A stretch of DNA of 62,038 nucleotides, counting the filler. It is 3 parts of 3 records of this genome, joined end to end, with 100 filler letters (N's around TTAATTAATTAA, not from the genome) between each part and the next. Parts side by side here need not be neighbours in the genome. Positions count along the whole stretch, not along the records: positions 27,591 to 55,961 come from DRR723986_3119; 2 more parts are not named here. One strand, given 5' to 3'. Within the stretch, counting starts at the first letter, position 1; each line of letters begins with the position of its first letter. Positions 39,257 to 48,943 of this stretch are shown here, piece after piece. The position numbers and the translations under genes were made by a program. The notes under the pieces were generated by a model that saw nothing but the letters and a program-made list of their open reading frames with translations, ran no database searches and had not been told where the DNA came from.

Positions 39257-40690
39257 TCAGCCGGGCGGAGTGCGGATCACCAGTAGCCTGAGTTCGGTCA
39301 TGTCCTCAATAGCAAACTTGACCCCTTCCCGACCCAGGCCGCTATCCTTGACCCCGCCATAGGGCATATTGTCTACCCGCCAGGATGGGACATCACCAAT
39401 CACCACCCCGCCGACCTCCAGCCGGTCCCAGGCGCGGTTCATCTTGTACAGGTCGCGGGTGAACAGGCCGGCCTGCAGGCCGAAATCGCTGTCGTTTATC
39501 GCCTCGAGGGCAGCATCGAAGTCGTTGAACTCGGACAGGACAACAACCGGGCCAAATGCCTCTTTACGGTTGATCAGCGCATCGCCCGGCACATTTTCCA
39601 GTACGGTGGCATCCAGCATGGCCCCGTCACGGGTACCACCGCACAGTACCTTACCACCGCGCTCCACCGCCTCGTTGATCCACTCTTCCAGGCGCTTCGC
39701 CTCGCTTTCGGCAATCATCGGGCCGATGAAGGTCTGCTCATCAAGCGGGTCACCGCTGATCAGCTCCCGGGTCGCGGCGACGAAGCGGGACTTGAAGTCG
39801 TCGTAGATAGCCTCGTGGACGATGATTCGCTGCACACCGATGCAGCTCTGGCCCGACTGGTAGAAGGCGCCGAAGATAATGCGCTGCACGGCGTCCTCAA
39901 GATCCGCATCGGCGTCCACCAGTACGGCGGCGTTGCCGCCCAGTTCCAGGACTACGGGCTTCTTGCCGGCCCGGGCTTTCAGGTCCCAGCCGACGTCCGG
40001 CGAACCGGTGAAGCTGAGCAGCTTCAGTCGCTCATCGACGGTGAACAGGTCGGCTCCGTCCCGGCTGCAGGGCAGGATCGAAAATGCCCCTTTTGGCAGC
40101 TTGGTCTCGGCGAGTACTTCACCGATCACCAGGGCCCCGATCGGTGTGCGACTGGCCGGTTTCATGACAAACGGGCAGCCTGCCGCTATTGCCGGGGCTA
40201 TCTTGTGGGCGGCGAGATTGAGCGGGAAGTTGAAGGGGGAAATGAACGAGCAGGGGCCGATGGGAACGCGTTTGTACATCCCCCGATAGCCTTTGGCTCG
40301 CGGGGCAATTTCGAGGTTTATCACCTCGCCACCGATGCGGACTGATTCCTCCGCAGCGACCCGGAAGGTATCGATGAGGCGGGAAACCTCGCCTCGCGCA
40401 TCCTTGATCGGTTTGCCCGCCTCGATGCACAGGGCGTAGGCGAGTTCCTCGAAACGCTCGGTAAAACGCTGTACGCAATGGTTTAGTACCGCCTGGCGCT
40501 CATAGGGGGGCATCTCGGCCATGGCCTCGTTGGCATCTGCCGCCGCGGCGATGCCCTGGTCGATGTGCTCCGCCCCTGCCAGGGCGACCCGCGTGGCGAC
40601 TTCGCCGGTGTACTTGTTGGTGACTTCCAGCAGCGTATTGGGCTGTTCGGCGGTATTCGCAAGGTAAAACGGATACTGGTCCTGCAGCAT
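39257..40690 (-). CDS. Aldehyde dehydrogenase
   Basis: ISPFNFP, FTGS, LELGGN, GQSCIG, EAFGP, PYGGVKDSG.GREG. Confidence 0.96.
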   Translation of the reverse strand: MLQDQYPFYLANTAEQPNTLLEVTNKYTGEVATRVALAGAEHIDQGIAAAADANEAMAEMPPYERQAVLNHCVQRFTERFEELAYALCIEAGKPIKDARGEVSRLIDTFRVAAEESVRIGGEVINLEIAPRAKGYRGMYKRVPIGPCSFISPFNFPLNLAAHKIAPAIAAGCPFVMKPASRTPIGALVIGEVLAETKLPKGAFSILPCSRDGADLFTVDERLKLLSFTGSPDVGWDLKARAGKKPVVLELGGNAAVLVDADADLEDAVQRIIFGAFYQSGQSCIGVQRIIVHEAIYDDFKSRFVAATRELISGDPLDEQTFIGPMIAESEAKRLEEWINEAVERGGKVLCGGTRDGAMLDATVLENVPGDALINRKEAFGPVVVLSEFNDFDAALEAINDSDFGLQAGLFTRDLYKMNRAWDRLEVGGVVIGDVPSWRVDNMPYGGVKDSGLGREGVKFAIEDMTELRLLVIRTPPG

Positions 40691-40709
40691 GGGGCTCTCT
40701 CCCGGTCGC

Positions 40710-42347
40710 CTAGATTTCGGCGCTGAGTCGTTTGATTTCGATATTGAGGATTCGGTCGTTGTCGGAGTAGTCCACTGGCATATCGATGAGGTGCACGCCG
40801 TGTTCTTGCTGGCAGTGCTTTAGCAGGGGGTACAGTTGGTCGGCGGATTCCACCCGGTGGCCTTTCGCGCCGTAACTCTCAGCGTATTTCACAAAGTCCG
40901 GGTTGCCGTAGTCGAGACCAAAATTCTCGAAACCCATATTGGCCTGTTTCCACTTGATCATGCCGTAGGCGTCATCGCGCAGGATCAGCACGGATAGATG
41001 CAGCTTGAGCCGCACCGCGGTCTCCAGTTCCTGCGAATTCATCATGAAGCCGCCATCGCCGCAGATTGCCAGTACCGGGCGGTCGGGGTAGACCATCTTG
41101 GCGGCCATGGCCGATGGCAACCCGGCCCCCATGGTAGCAAGCGCGTTGTCCAGCAGGACCGTGTTGGGCATGGCGGCGCGGTAGTTGCGGGCGAACCAGA
41201 TTTTGTACACCCCGTTGTCCAGCGCGATGATGCCCTCAGGAGGCATCGACCTGCGGATATCGGCTACCGCCCGCTGGGGATAAACTGGGAACCGGTCGTC
41301 TTCCGTCCCTTCGAGCAGATGGGCATCGTGGGCATCCCGTGCGCGTGTTAATGGGCTGAAATCCCAGCCGGCCTGTGGCTCGAGCCGTTCCTTTATCTGC
41401 CAGATGCTGTTGGCGATATCGCCGACTACCTCGACCTGCGGGAAATAGACCGGGTCGACGACCGCGGTATTGAAATTGATATGGATGACCTTGCTGTTCG
41501 CATCCATGAAGAACGGTGGCTTCTCTACCACGTCGTGGCCGACGTTGATGATCAGGTCAGCGGCGTCAATGGCCCGGTGCACGAAGTCGCCAGCGGACAG
41601 CGAGGCATTACCGAGGAACAGCGAATTGTTCTCATCGATCACGCCCTTGCCCATCTGCGTGGTGACAAAGGGAATGCCGGTCTTGCCGACCAGTTCGGTA
41701 AGCATTTTGCTGGTGAGCTTGCGATTGGCACCGGCGCCAATCATCAGAACCGGGCAGGTCGAGGCCTCGATCATGGACACTGCGCGGGCGACACCCTTTT
41801 CCTCAGCGGTGGGCCGCCGATGGGTGCTGGCCGGGATCAGTGGCTCATCACTGTGTTCATCGGCGATATCCTCCGGGAGTTCCAGGTGGGTCGCGCCAGG
41901 ACGTTCCTCCTCCGCGATACGGAAGGCTTCGCGCACTCGCGACGGTATGTTGTCGCCGGCGACGATCTGTCGCGTGTACTTGGTGATGGATTGCATCATG
42001 TCGCACACATCGATGATCTGGAACTGGCCCTGTTTGCTCGATTTCACGGGCTTCTGACCGGTGATCATGAGGATTGGCATCGCGCCGAGCTGCGCATAGG
42101 CGGCGGCCGTCACGAAGTTGGTTGCCCCAGGCCCGAGGGTTGCCATGCACACACCGGTTCGGCCCGTTAGCCTGCCGTAGGTCGCTGCCATGAAGCCGCC
42201 AGCCTGCTCGTGGCGTACCAGGATGAGTTTGATCGTGGAATGGCGTAGCGATTCCAGCATGTCGAGGTTTTCCTCGCCAGGAATCGCGAAAATATACTCG
42301 ACGCCCTCCGCCTCGAGTGCCTTCACAAACAGGTCAGATGCTTTCAT
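40710..42347 (-). CDS. Acetolactate synthase large subunit-like ThDP enzyme
   Basis: PGEENL, RHEQAGGFMA, TLGPGATN, GDGGFMMN ThDP motif. Confidence 0.93.
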   Translation of the reverse strand: MKASDLFVKALEAEGVEYIFAIPGEENLDMLESLRHSTIKLILVRHEQAGGFMAATYGRLTGRTGVCMATLGPGATNFVTAAAYAQLGAMPILMITGQKPVKSSKQGQFQIIDVCDMMQSITKYTRQIVAGDNIPSRVREAFRIAEEERPGATHLELPEDIADEHSDEPLIPASTHRRPTAEEKGVARAVSMIEASTCPVLMIGAGANRKLTSKMLTELVGKTGIPFVTTQMGKGVIDENNSLFLGNASLSAGDFVHRAIDAADLIINVGHDVVEKPPFFMDANSKVIHINFNTAVVDPVYFPQVEVVGDIANSIWQIKERLEPQAGWDFSPLTRARDAHDAHLLEGTEDDRFPVYPQRAVADIRRSMPPEGIIALDNGVYKIWFARNYRAAMPNTVLLDNALATMGAGLPSAMAAKMVYPDRPVLAICGDGGFMMNSQELETAVRLKLHLSVLILRDDAYGMIKWKQANMGFENFGLDYGNPDFVKYAESYGAKGHRVESADQLYPLLKHCQQEHGVHLIDMPVDYSDNDRILNIEIKRLSAEI

Positions 42348-42466
42348 TCTACTCTCCGTGGCTGGGTGCCCTGGTCAGGAACGGGCTATTCCGGTGTCCA
42401 AGGAGTCAAGCACAGAGATGGGATTCTCGCCAGCCGGGGGGCGAGAAGGGGCTTTTCTTGGTGCGG

Positions 42467-42883
42467 CTAGTCTTCGATATCGTCGACGTCGAACTGACCG
42501 GTCAGGCGCCGTCGGATGTGTGACCAGGACATGCCGGTGGCGAGAATCAGCGACAGGATCACCAGCACCACCCAGCTGATCGCGCTTGTAGATTCCAGGC
42601 TCAACCAGCCCAGGTCGACGAACAACCAGACAATGCAGCCGAAAAGCGCGGCACCGAGAGTAATCCCCAGCCAGCCCATGGAAAGAAAGGTGGCACGCAG
42701 GAAGATGATCCAGGCGATAATCAGGACGATGCCGGCAATGGCCACGATCGGGCCGAATTCAGTGCCCTCGGCAAGTACCCAGCCGATATAGGAATAGTCG
42801 GTGGGGTTATAGGTGCCGAAAACGAGCAAGGCGGCAAACAACCAGCGAGCGAAGAAACTGCCGACATTGAATTCAGAAGCCAT
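42467..42883 (-). CDS. Membrane protein (DUF6524-like)
   Basis: Four TM segments, TYNPT..SY..W, GMSWSHIRRRLTGQ.DVDD. Confidence 0.75.
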   Translation of the reverse strand: MASEFNVGSFFARWLFAALLVFGTYNPTDYSYIGWVLAEGTEFGPIVAIAGIVLIIAWIIFLRATFLSMGWLGITLGAALFGCIVWLFVDLGWLSLESTSAISWVVLVILSLILATGMSWSHIRRRLTGQFDVDDIED

Positions 42884-43096
42884 TGATTGGATCCCATCGT
42901 GGTTAGTGATAAAACTGCAAGCTAGTCGAATGCTGTTCTCGAGGCAAGACCGATGTACAAAAGAGTCGGTGTAACCCTTTTATGCTTAATCCTGAACAGC
43001 CCTGTAGCTGGGGTTGCTGCGACGACCGGTGCTTTGAGTTATATTTAGTTGGATTCGTCGATGAATGCGATTTCAGTTGTCTGAGGAGGACTTTCG

Positions 43097-43537
43097 ATGA
43101 TGCGCTGCATACTTCTGATTTTCACCGTGACTCTGGGACTACCTGCGCTTGCAGACTGCGACCGTACAAAGCTTGCCGGTAGCTATGCCAGCAGCGCCAC
43201 GGTATTCGCGCCGGGCCTGGGCCAATCGCCGCTGTTGCTTACCGGCCGATTTATCCTCCGTCAGGGCGGCGGTGTGGCGGTGCCATTCTGGAGCGGCACG
43301 ATCGATGGTGAATCACTGCGTATCTCCGCCGAGGGTAATTGGAATGTGAATGCAGGCTGTGTTGGTTTTATGGACCTTGAAGTGAATTTTTCCACAGATG
43401 ATAACCAGGGCCAGCGTGTGCGGATTGATTTTACTGCAGCAGGCACCGGTGATGCGGTGTCCCTGAAGGGCATATATAGGAGAACAGTCGGGCCTGCCCA
43501 GTCGGGCGCTATCGAATTCGACAGGCGCAATTTTTGA
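43097..43537 (+). CDS. Exported hypothetical protein
   Basis: GAGGAGG RBS, signal peptide, beta-rich mature part with a Cys pair. Confidence 0.7.
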   Translation: MMRCILLIFTVTLGLPALADCDRTKLAGSYASSATVFAPGLGQSPLLLTGRFILRQGGGVAVPFWSGTIDGESLRISAEGNWNVNAGCVGFMDLEVNFSTDDNQGQRVRIDFTAAGTGDAVSLKGIYRRTVGPAQSGAIEFDRRNF

Positions 43538-43569
43538 GCGCTACCTCAGGTAGCGGAAAAATCGGGATA

Positions 43570-43600
43570 AAAAAGGGCCGTACACTGTGCTGCCCTTTTT
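43570..43600. terminator. Bidirectional terminator-like hairpin
   Basis: AAAAAGGGC...GCCCTTTTT. Confidence 0.6.
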
Positions 43601-43888
43601 CTTTTGGTATTCCTCAAACTAGTCTAATGGTCACTCCAAGGCAAGACTCGCCCAGGAAGTAAGTAGCACCGAGATGAGCTGTTACTTACCGCGGCGCTGG
43701 CGCCTTGATCCGGGGATAGCGCTACTGCAAGGCGAACACCGTTTTCAGTTCAAACGAGATTTTTGAGATTTACCAACCGTGAGGTTACGGTGCTTCTGGA
43801 AACGTTGATCTGCTGCTACCCTGCAAGGGAGAGAGTCGATCCAGATGTCACTCCGTTTCAATTTTTTGTCGATTCACGGGAGATCCGC

Positions 43889-44323
43889 ATGGCTGAGTAT
43901 ATTCCCCCTACTTTGGATTGGGTGCGCGAACAGGTCGAGTTATATGAGAGCAGCGGTGGGACACAGGGTACGACCCTTCTGGATACCGGCATGCCCTGTA
44001 TCCTGGTTATACATAAGGGCGTCAAGACTGGGGCAATCCGCAAAATTCCGCTTATGCGGGTCGAGGTGAACGGGTGCTACGTTCTGATTGGCTCCATGGG
44101 CGGGCAACCGAAAAACCCGGCCTGGGTTAACAATTTAAGATCGATTCCAGACGTTCAGATACGCGACAAGACCGAACTATTTGATATGCGCGTTCGCGAA
44201 ATAAACGATGAACAGGCGCGCGCAAAGCTTTGGGCAGCGGCGGTTGCCACTTACCCTCCCTATGAAGACTACCAGGCAAAAACCAGCCGATGCATACCGG
44301 TCTTTTTAGCCGAGCCGAGATAG
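43889..44323 (+). CDS. Deazaflavin (F420)-dependent nitroreductase family protein (Ddn-like)
   Basis: WVREQVELYESSGG..G, G.KTGAIRK.PLMRV, SMGGQPKNPAW..NL, YPPYEDYQ.KT.R.IPVF. Confidence 0.9.
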   Translation: MAEYIPPTLDWVREQVELYESSGGTQGTTLLDTGMPCILVIHKGVKTGAIRKIPLMRVEVNGCYVLIGSMGGQPKNPAWVNNLRSIPDVQIRDKTELFDMRVREINDEQARAKLWAAAVATYPPYEDYQAKTSRCIPVFLAEPR

Positions 44324-44329
44324 CCTGGG

Positions 44330-44501
44330 GTGGCATGTTCGCGGGCCAGGTCGACTATTGTGCGGCCGTCCTCATCCTGCTTGAGGATAGAGATGACCTG
44401 TTCTTCTGAATAAGGTTTGCGCTTTATATCGAGATTTCCGCACGTCAAAAATAGTTGGGAATCCCATATTCTGCATCGCACGAATTATTGGGATGCGGTC
44501 A
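44330..44501 (-). mobile_element. IS3-family left-end remnant (IRL plus decayed orfA)
   Basis: Starts TGACCGCATCCC; orfA remnant (ATA in place of start) KRKPYSEEQVISILKQDEDGRTIVDLAREH, then truncated. Confidence 0.75.
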
Positions 44502-44582
44502 CGTTTTCAGAATAGGGCAGGGCAGCTGCCTAAGAGCAAGTGCCAGATTTCTGAGACTTCTTTAAGTTAATTTTTCGCTACC
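44502..44582 (+). mobile_element. IS6-family right-end remnant (direct-repeat copy 1)
   Basis: 70/81 nt identical to 47121-47201; ends in a degenerate IR ...TTAATTTTTCGCTACC. Confidence 0.75.
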
Positions 44583-44593
44583 CCGGCGACAGC

Positions 44594-45160
44594 TTACTCG
44601 TTGGCGCCACTGACCTGGGCGTCACTGATTCCTCCCTGCATGTGCAGGTGACCGGGGAAGCCGACAGCATGCCAACCCGCACCGTCACGATTCCCGCCGT
44701 GTGAGGGCGCTGCGAGAAATCCGAGCAGGGTGTGAAATCTCAACACGCCAAAAAACATGGCGGCGCTGGCGTAATCCGGCCAGGGGTGTATGACAGCATC
44801 TTCCATCTGCTCCATAGATTTAATCTGCACTTTGCGGTCCAACGCCCTCCAGGTGGAGCCACCATTGGCGCGCGCATATTCATCGAGTGCAGCGAGACTG
44901 CCGCGGTACAGGCCTAGCAATGATTCATCTTCGTTAGCGAGCAATTTGTCGATAAAGTTTACGCAGCCCGCGTCCCCGGTGCTTATCCGCTGGACCGGCG
45001 GCAACAGGATATCGCAGGCGATTTCCAGACTCGCCCATTCCTGATGTGCTAATACCAGTGGCTTGTCACCTTCACGCGCTGCCACAAGCGCGAGAGGGCG
45101 CACGGCCAGGGCGCTGGCGAGGCCCGCAGCGCTCAGATTTAGAAAATCACGACGATCCAT
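44594..45160 (-). CDS. Gluconate 2-dehydrogenase subunit 3-family (Tat-exported small subunit)
   Basis: MDRRDFL twin-arginine signal; FIDKLL; P.HGGNRD..GW..VGFPG. Confidence 0.9.
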   Translation of the reverse strand: MDRRDFLNLSAAGLASALAVRPLALVAAREGDKPLVLAHQEWASLEIACDILLPPVQRISTGDAGCVNFIDKLLANEDESLLGLYRGSLAALDEYARANGGSTWRALDRKVQIKSMEQMEDAVIHPWPDYASAAMFFGVLRFHTLLGFLAAPSHGGNRDGAGWHAVGFPGHLHMQGGISDAQVSGANE

Positions 45161-46803
45161 TAATTCAGCTCCCCGCGCGAATTGAGGGTGATTACTCTGT
45201 CGGCAATACGATAGGCATTCGCCATAATGGTGAGGGTCGGGTTATAGCCCGCGGACGTCGGGAAAACGCTTCCGTCAGCTACCCAGAGGTTCTTCACCCC
45301 GTGAGCTCGACACCAACGGTCGACTACACTGGTTTCCGGATCATTGCCCATGCGGCAGGTGCCCATAATATGTCCAGAACCCGTCTTGACCTCGGCAAAG
45401 TCAGTCGCCCAGGTTTTCGAGGCGCCACCAGCGATAGCAATTTCACTCATCCTGGCTTCGATATACTTCGCCAGGGCAAGATCGTTGGGATGACGGCGAT
45501 GGGTGATGCGGGGCAGTGGCAGGCCCGCCGCATCGCGATGTATCGGGTCGAGATCGATGCGGTTATCGGCCACCGGCAGATCTTCGCCGATTGAAATCAG
45601 CCCGCCGATATGGGGATATTTCGCGAGGTAATCGCTCAGATCCTGGCCCCAGACGCGGGTGTCCCGCCCCAGATAACCGCTGGCCTTGAGTCCACTCATG
45701 ATAGGCATGGCCTCTATCGCCTCGGCAATAACGGCACCGCGGATATGGCCGCGGCGTGAATCCGAGGGATGGTAGTCGTCTACTGCGATATTGCCCGGCG
45801 GTCCCAGCGCACTGTTGCTTAGGCCGTCCATCTCGAAATTGACCATAGAAAAGATGTGGCACATCAGGTTGCGACCTACCTGGTCATTCTGGTTGAGCAG
45901 GCCGCCCGGGTAGTCGGCCGACCGGGAGTTGAGCAGCAGGTGCGCGCTGGCGATTGTGCCCCCGGCGAGGATAACCTGCCTGGCGCTGACTTCACCTTCT
46001 CGTCCGGAGCGATCGAGATAGCGAACCCCGGCCACCCGGTCACCACCGGCCAGCAGAATTTCCACGGCGCGGTGTTCGGTCAGAAGCGTACAGTTACCGG
46101 AAGCAAGCGCCCGCGGGATGTGTACTGACAGGGTCGAGGCCTTGGCCTGAACGGGGCATCCAAAACTCGAACAGAGTCCACTGTTGAGGCACTTGGCACG
46201 CCCATCGTACACCCGGCTGTTGATCGCCATGGGTGTGGGAAAGGGCGTCAGCCCTAGGTCCCTGGCTCCTTTTTCAATCAGTCGCGATGCGGGCCTGTAG
46301 ACATGGGCGGGGTTCGGGTAAGGCGTGTGGCCTGGGGCACCAAAAGGATTGGCCCCGGCCTTCCCTGACACACCCAGGGCGGTTTCCGCCATCGCATAAA
46401 ATGGTGCAAGCTCTTCGTACGCGATGGGCCAGTCGGCCAGACTGGCACCGGCGACAGGGCCTTCTTCGCTGAGCACCCGGAACTCATCGGGGCGGAAGCG
46501 CCAGCTCCAACTACCCCAGTGAGCCGTCCCACCGCCAACAGTCTGCGCCATGAGGCTGTACTTACCGGGGACGGCCTCCTCCTGGGCTGTTTCGCGCTGA
46601 GTTTCGCGATAATCTTTCAGGAAAAAATTCTGACGAAGAACGTTGGTCAGTTCGTCCTGCGCCATGAAATCTTCCGGACTAAACTGCTTCCCCTGCTCCA
46701 GTATTGCCACGCGCATACCGGCAGCGGAGAACTGTTCTGCCACCACTCCGCCGCCTGCGCCGGAGCCGATAATGCAGACATCGTATTCAGCTGTTGTTGT
46801 CAT
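45160..46803 (-). CDS. GMC family flavoprotein oxidoreductase
   Basis: IIGSGAGG, VGGGTAHW, CLNSGLCSSFGC Cys cluster, HIMGTCRMG, NPTLTIMA. Confidence 0.93.
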   Translation of the reverse strand: MTTTAEYDVCIIGSGAGGGVVAEQFSAAGMRVAILEQGKQFSPEDFMAQDELTNVLRQNFFLKDYRETQRETAQEEAVPGKYSLMAQTVGGGTAHWGSWSWRFRPDEFRVLSEEGPVAGASLADWPIAYEELAPFYAMAETALGVSGKAGANPFGAPGHTPYPNPAHVYRPASRLIEKGARDLGLTPFPTPMAINSRVYDGRAKCLNSGLCSSFGCPVQAKASTLSVHIPRALASGNCTLLTEHRAVEILLAGGDRVAGVRYLDRSGREGEVSARQVILAGGTIASAHLLLNSRSADYPGGLLNQNDQVGRNLMCHIFSMVNFEMDGLSNSALGPPGNIAVDDYHPSDSRRGHIRGAVIAEAIEAMPIMSGLKASGYLGRDTRVWGQDLSDYLAKYPHIGGLISIGEDLPVADNRIDLDPIHRDAAGLPLPRITHRRHPNDLALAKYIEARMSEIAIAGGASKTWATDFAEVKTGSGHIMGTCRMGNDPETSVVDRWCRAHGVKNLWVADGSVFPTSAGYNPTLTIMANAYRIADRVITLNSRGELN

Positions 46804-46837
46804 TTACAAATATCCGCTTGCTGTAAATCGGCTGTCA

Positions 46838-47201
46838 GGTACTGCCAATTAAAATCGCCGAAAATTGCTAGAATCTGCAGTTGAGTACCTATAAACGATA
46901 CCGAGTCCAACCCGATATTATCAGCTACACGGTCTGGTTGTATTTTCGCCGCAATCTCAGTCACCGCGATATTGAAGATCTTCTGGCAGAGCAGCACATC
47001 TATCGTTAGCCGCGAGGCGATCTGGCTTTGGTGTATCAATTTCGGAGTAATCTATTCAGAGCGATTGAAACGAAAGCACCGAAGCTATGGCGATACCTCA
47101 TCGGAAACCTGGGTTCGGTGCGTTTCCAGAATAGGGCAGGGCAGCTGGCTAAGAGCAAGTGCCAGATGTCTGAGACTTTGCTAGGTTAATTTGCCAATAC
47201 C
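46838..47201 (+). mobile_element. Internally deleted IS6-family element (pseudogenised transposase)
   Basis: IRs GGTACTGCCAATT / AATTTGCCAATACC; from 46881 reads STYKRYRVQPDIISYTVWLYFRRNLSHRDIEDLLAE, frameshift, IVSREAIWLWCINFG, then joins directly to the C-terminal AFPE*GRAAG. Confidence 0.85.
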
Positions 47202-47204
47202 TTA

Positions 47205-48038
47205 TCACGGCATCCACGCACCACCACTCACTGAAATCATTTGCCCGGTAATATATCCAGAGCGATCAGAGGCCAGAAACAGCGCCAGCCAGGCAATATC
47301 TTCAGGTCTCCCAAGCCGAGGAGTCGGAAGGCTACTCATGTTGTACAGTGTTCCATCGTTCAATGCCTGTTCCATATCCGCAGGCTTACCCATCATTTCA
47401 AAGCCAAACCGGTTCCAGAAGCTTCCCTGTCCTACTTCACTCTCGTCCCTTGGTACTATCCAGCCAGGACAGATATTATTCACTCTCACACCTTTGGGAG
47501 CCCACTCCCACGCAAGACCTTTACTAAAGCTATTTACAAACCCTTTCACCCCGCCGTAATGCACTATATTGGCTGCAGCTTCACCTAACAGCGAAGAATT
47601 AGATGAGATATTGATAACACTCCCGGCATTACGAGACAGCATGTCCTGCGCGACAGCCTGGCAGCAATTCACTACTCCGTCGACATTCAGCGCTATCTCC
47701 CACTTTCTGGAGTCTTCAGTCATCGTCTCAAAATCAGAGGGAGCCGCTACACCACCTGCATTGTTTACAAGAACATCTATCAGACCAAAACTGGCATGGG
47801 TATGCTGGACCATTGCCTGTACGCTTTCGCGATTGGTTACATCGGTTGCGATAGGTAAAACCTTCCCCCTGAAGCCGGCTTCCTCAGCCTCTTGTGCGAT
47901 TTTTTCACCTGTCGCTACATCGCGCGATGCACTGACTACATTCAAACCCTCGCGTGCGAACTCCAGTACCAGTCCACGACCTATGCCGCCGCTGCCACCA
48001 GTAATAACAGCTGTCTTGCCTTCGAGCTGAAGATCCAT
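47205..48038 (-). CDS. Short-chain dehydrogenase/reductase
   Basis: TGGSGGIG, NNAG, YGGVK, NNICPG. Confidence 0.93.
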   Translation of the reverse strand: MDLQLEGKTAVITGGSGGIGRGLVLEFAREGLNVVSASRDVATGEKIAQEAEEAGFRGKVLPIATDVTNRESVQAMVQHTHASFGLIDVLVNNAGGVAAPSDFETMTEDSRKWEIALNVDGVVNCCQAVAQDMLSRNAGSVINISSNSSLLGEAAANIVHYGGVKGFVNSFSKGLAWEWAPKGVRVNNICPGWIVPRDESEVGQGSFWNRFGFEMMGKPADMEQALNDGTLYNMSSLPTPRLGRPEDIAWLALFLASDRSGYITGQMISVSGGAWMP

Positions 48039-48163
48039 ATACGACTCCTTTAACCGTGTTTTGGGCTAATTTTTTGGTTTCAGATATTTGCTGGTTGAAA
48101 GTAATGATGTCTGGTTTATCACCTGCGAGCCTGCCCGGCGTTGATCAACGCCATCCTATAGAA

Positions 48164-48943
48164 TTAAAACTGCGGAGTACCGGTCCTCGCCGAGATACCA
48201 CCATCTACGCTGAGTAACACACCATTGATATAAGAAGCCTGCTCTGAGGCAAGAAATAAAATGGCGTTGGCAATTTCTCTGGGTTCTCCCAGTCTGCCGG
48301 GCACTGTTTGCGAGGCCCATTTTGTAACCCCACCTGGGGCTTGAGATGCGGCAGCCAGCATTGGCGGTGTTGCTATGGGGCCCGGCAAGACCGCGTTGCA
48401 TCGAATACCGGATCTTGCATTCTCAACAGCAGTGGTCTGGGTAAGATTCGCCAGCGCTGCCTTGGCTGCTGCGTAAGCACCTAAGCCGTGTTCGCCGCCG
48501 AGAGCGGCACCGGAGGAGATGTTTATTATCACGCCCCCGGTTGGTTCCTGGTCCAACATGGCATTCAGGGCACTGCGCAAGCCCAGGAAGGCCCCCCTTA
48601 AAGTGACATCCATGACCGCGTCCCACTGATCGTCACTGCATTGGGCAAGCAACCCAAAGAGCGAGTGCGCAGCGTTGTTGATCCAGATGTCTAAACGTCC
48701 AAAATGGGTTTTGGCCTGACTCACCAAAGATACTGCCGTTTCAGGATGGGCGATGTCACCGGTAACAAGCAATGTCTTATCCGGGTGTGAAAGTAGTTCC
48801 CGCGTAGCATGCAGGTCGTCTTCATTAATATCATTAAGAACGAGGTGACAACCCGCTTCATCCAGCGCTTGAGCCGTCACGCGGCCAATACCACGACCGG
48901 CGCCGGTCACAACTGCCACTTCACCTTCCAGATCCTTGTACAT
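48164..48943 (-). CDS. Short-chain dehydrogenase/reductase
   Basis: TGAGRGIG, NNAA, YAAAK, NAVLPGPI.T. Confidence 0.93.
   Translation of the reverse strand: MYKDLEGEVAVVTGAGRGIGRVTAQALDEAGCHLVLNDINEDDLHATRELLSHPDKTLLVTGDIAHPETAVSLVSQAKTHFGRLDIWINNAAHSLFGLLAQCSDDQWDAVMDVTLRGAFLGLRSALNAMLDQEPTGGVIINISSGAALGGEHGLGAYAAAKAALANLTQTTAVENARSGIRCNAVLPGPIATPPMLAAASQAPGGVTKWASQTVPGRLGEPREIANAILFLASEQASYINGVLLSVDGGISARTGTPQF

Noticed and set aside
46800-47184. Short ORFs 46800-47039 (-) and 46972-47184 (+) as genes
   Set aside because: Antisense and frameshifted pieces of the IS6 transposase remnant
44502-47201. 81-bp direct repeats as prophage att sites or CRISPR repeats
   Set aside because: Only two copies, they encode the IS6 transposase tail and IR, and there is no integrase or cas gene
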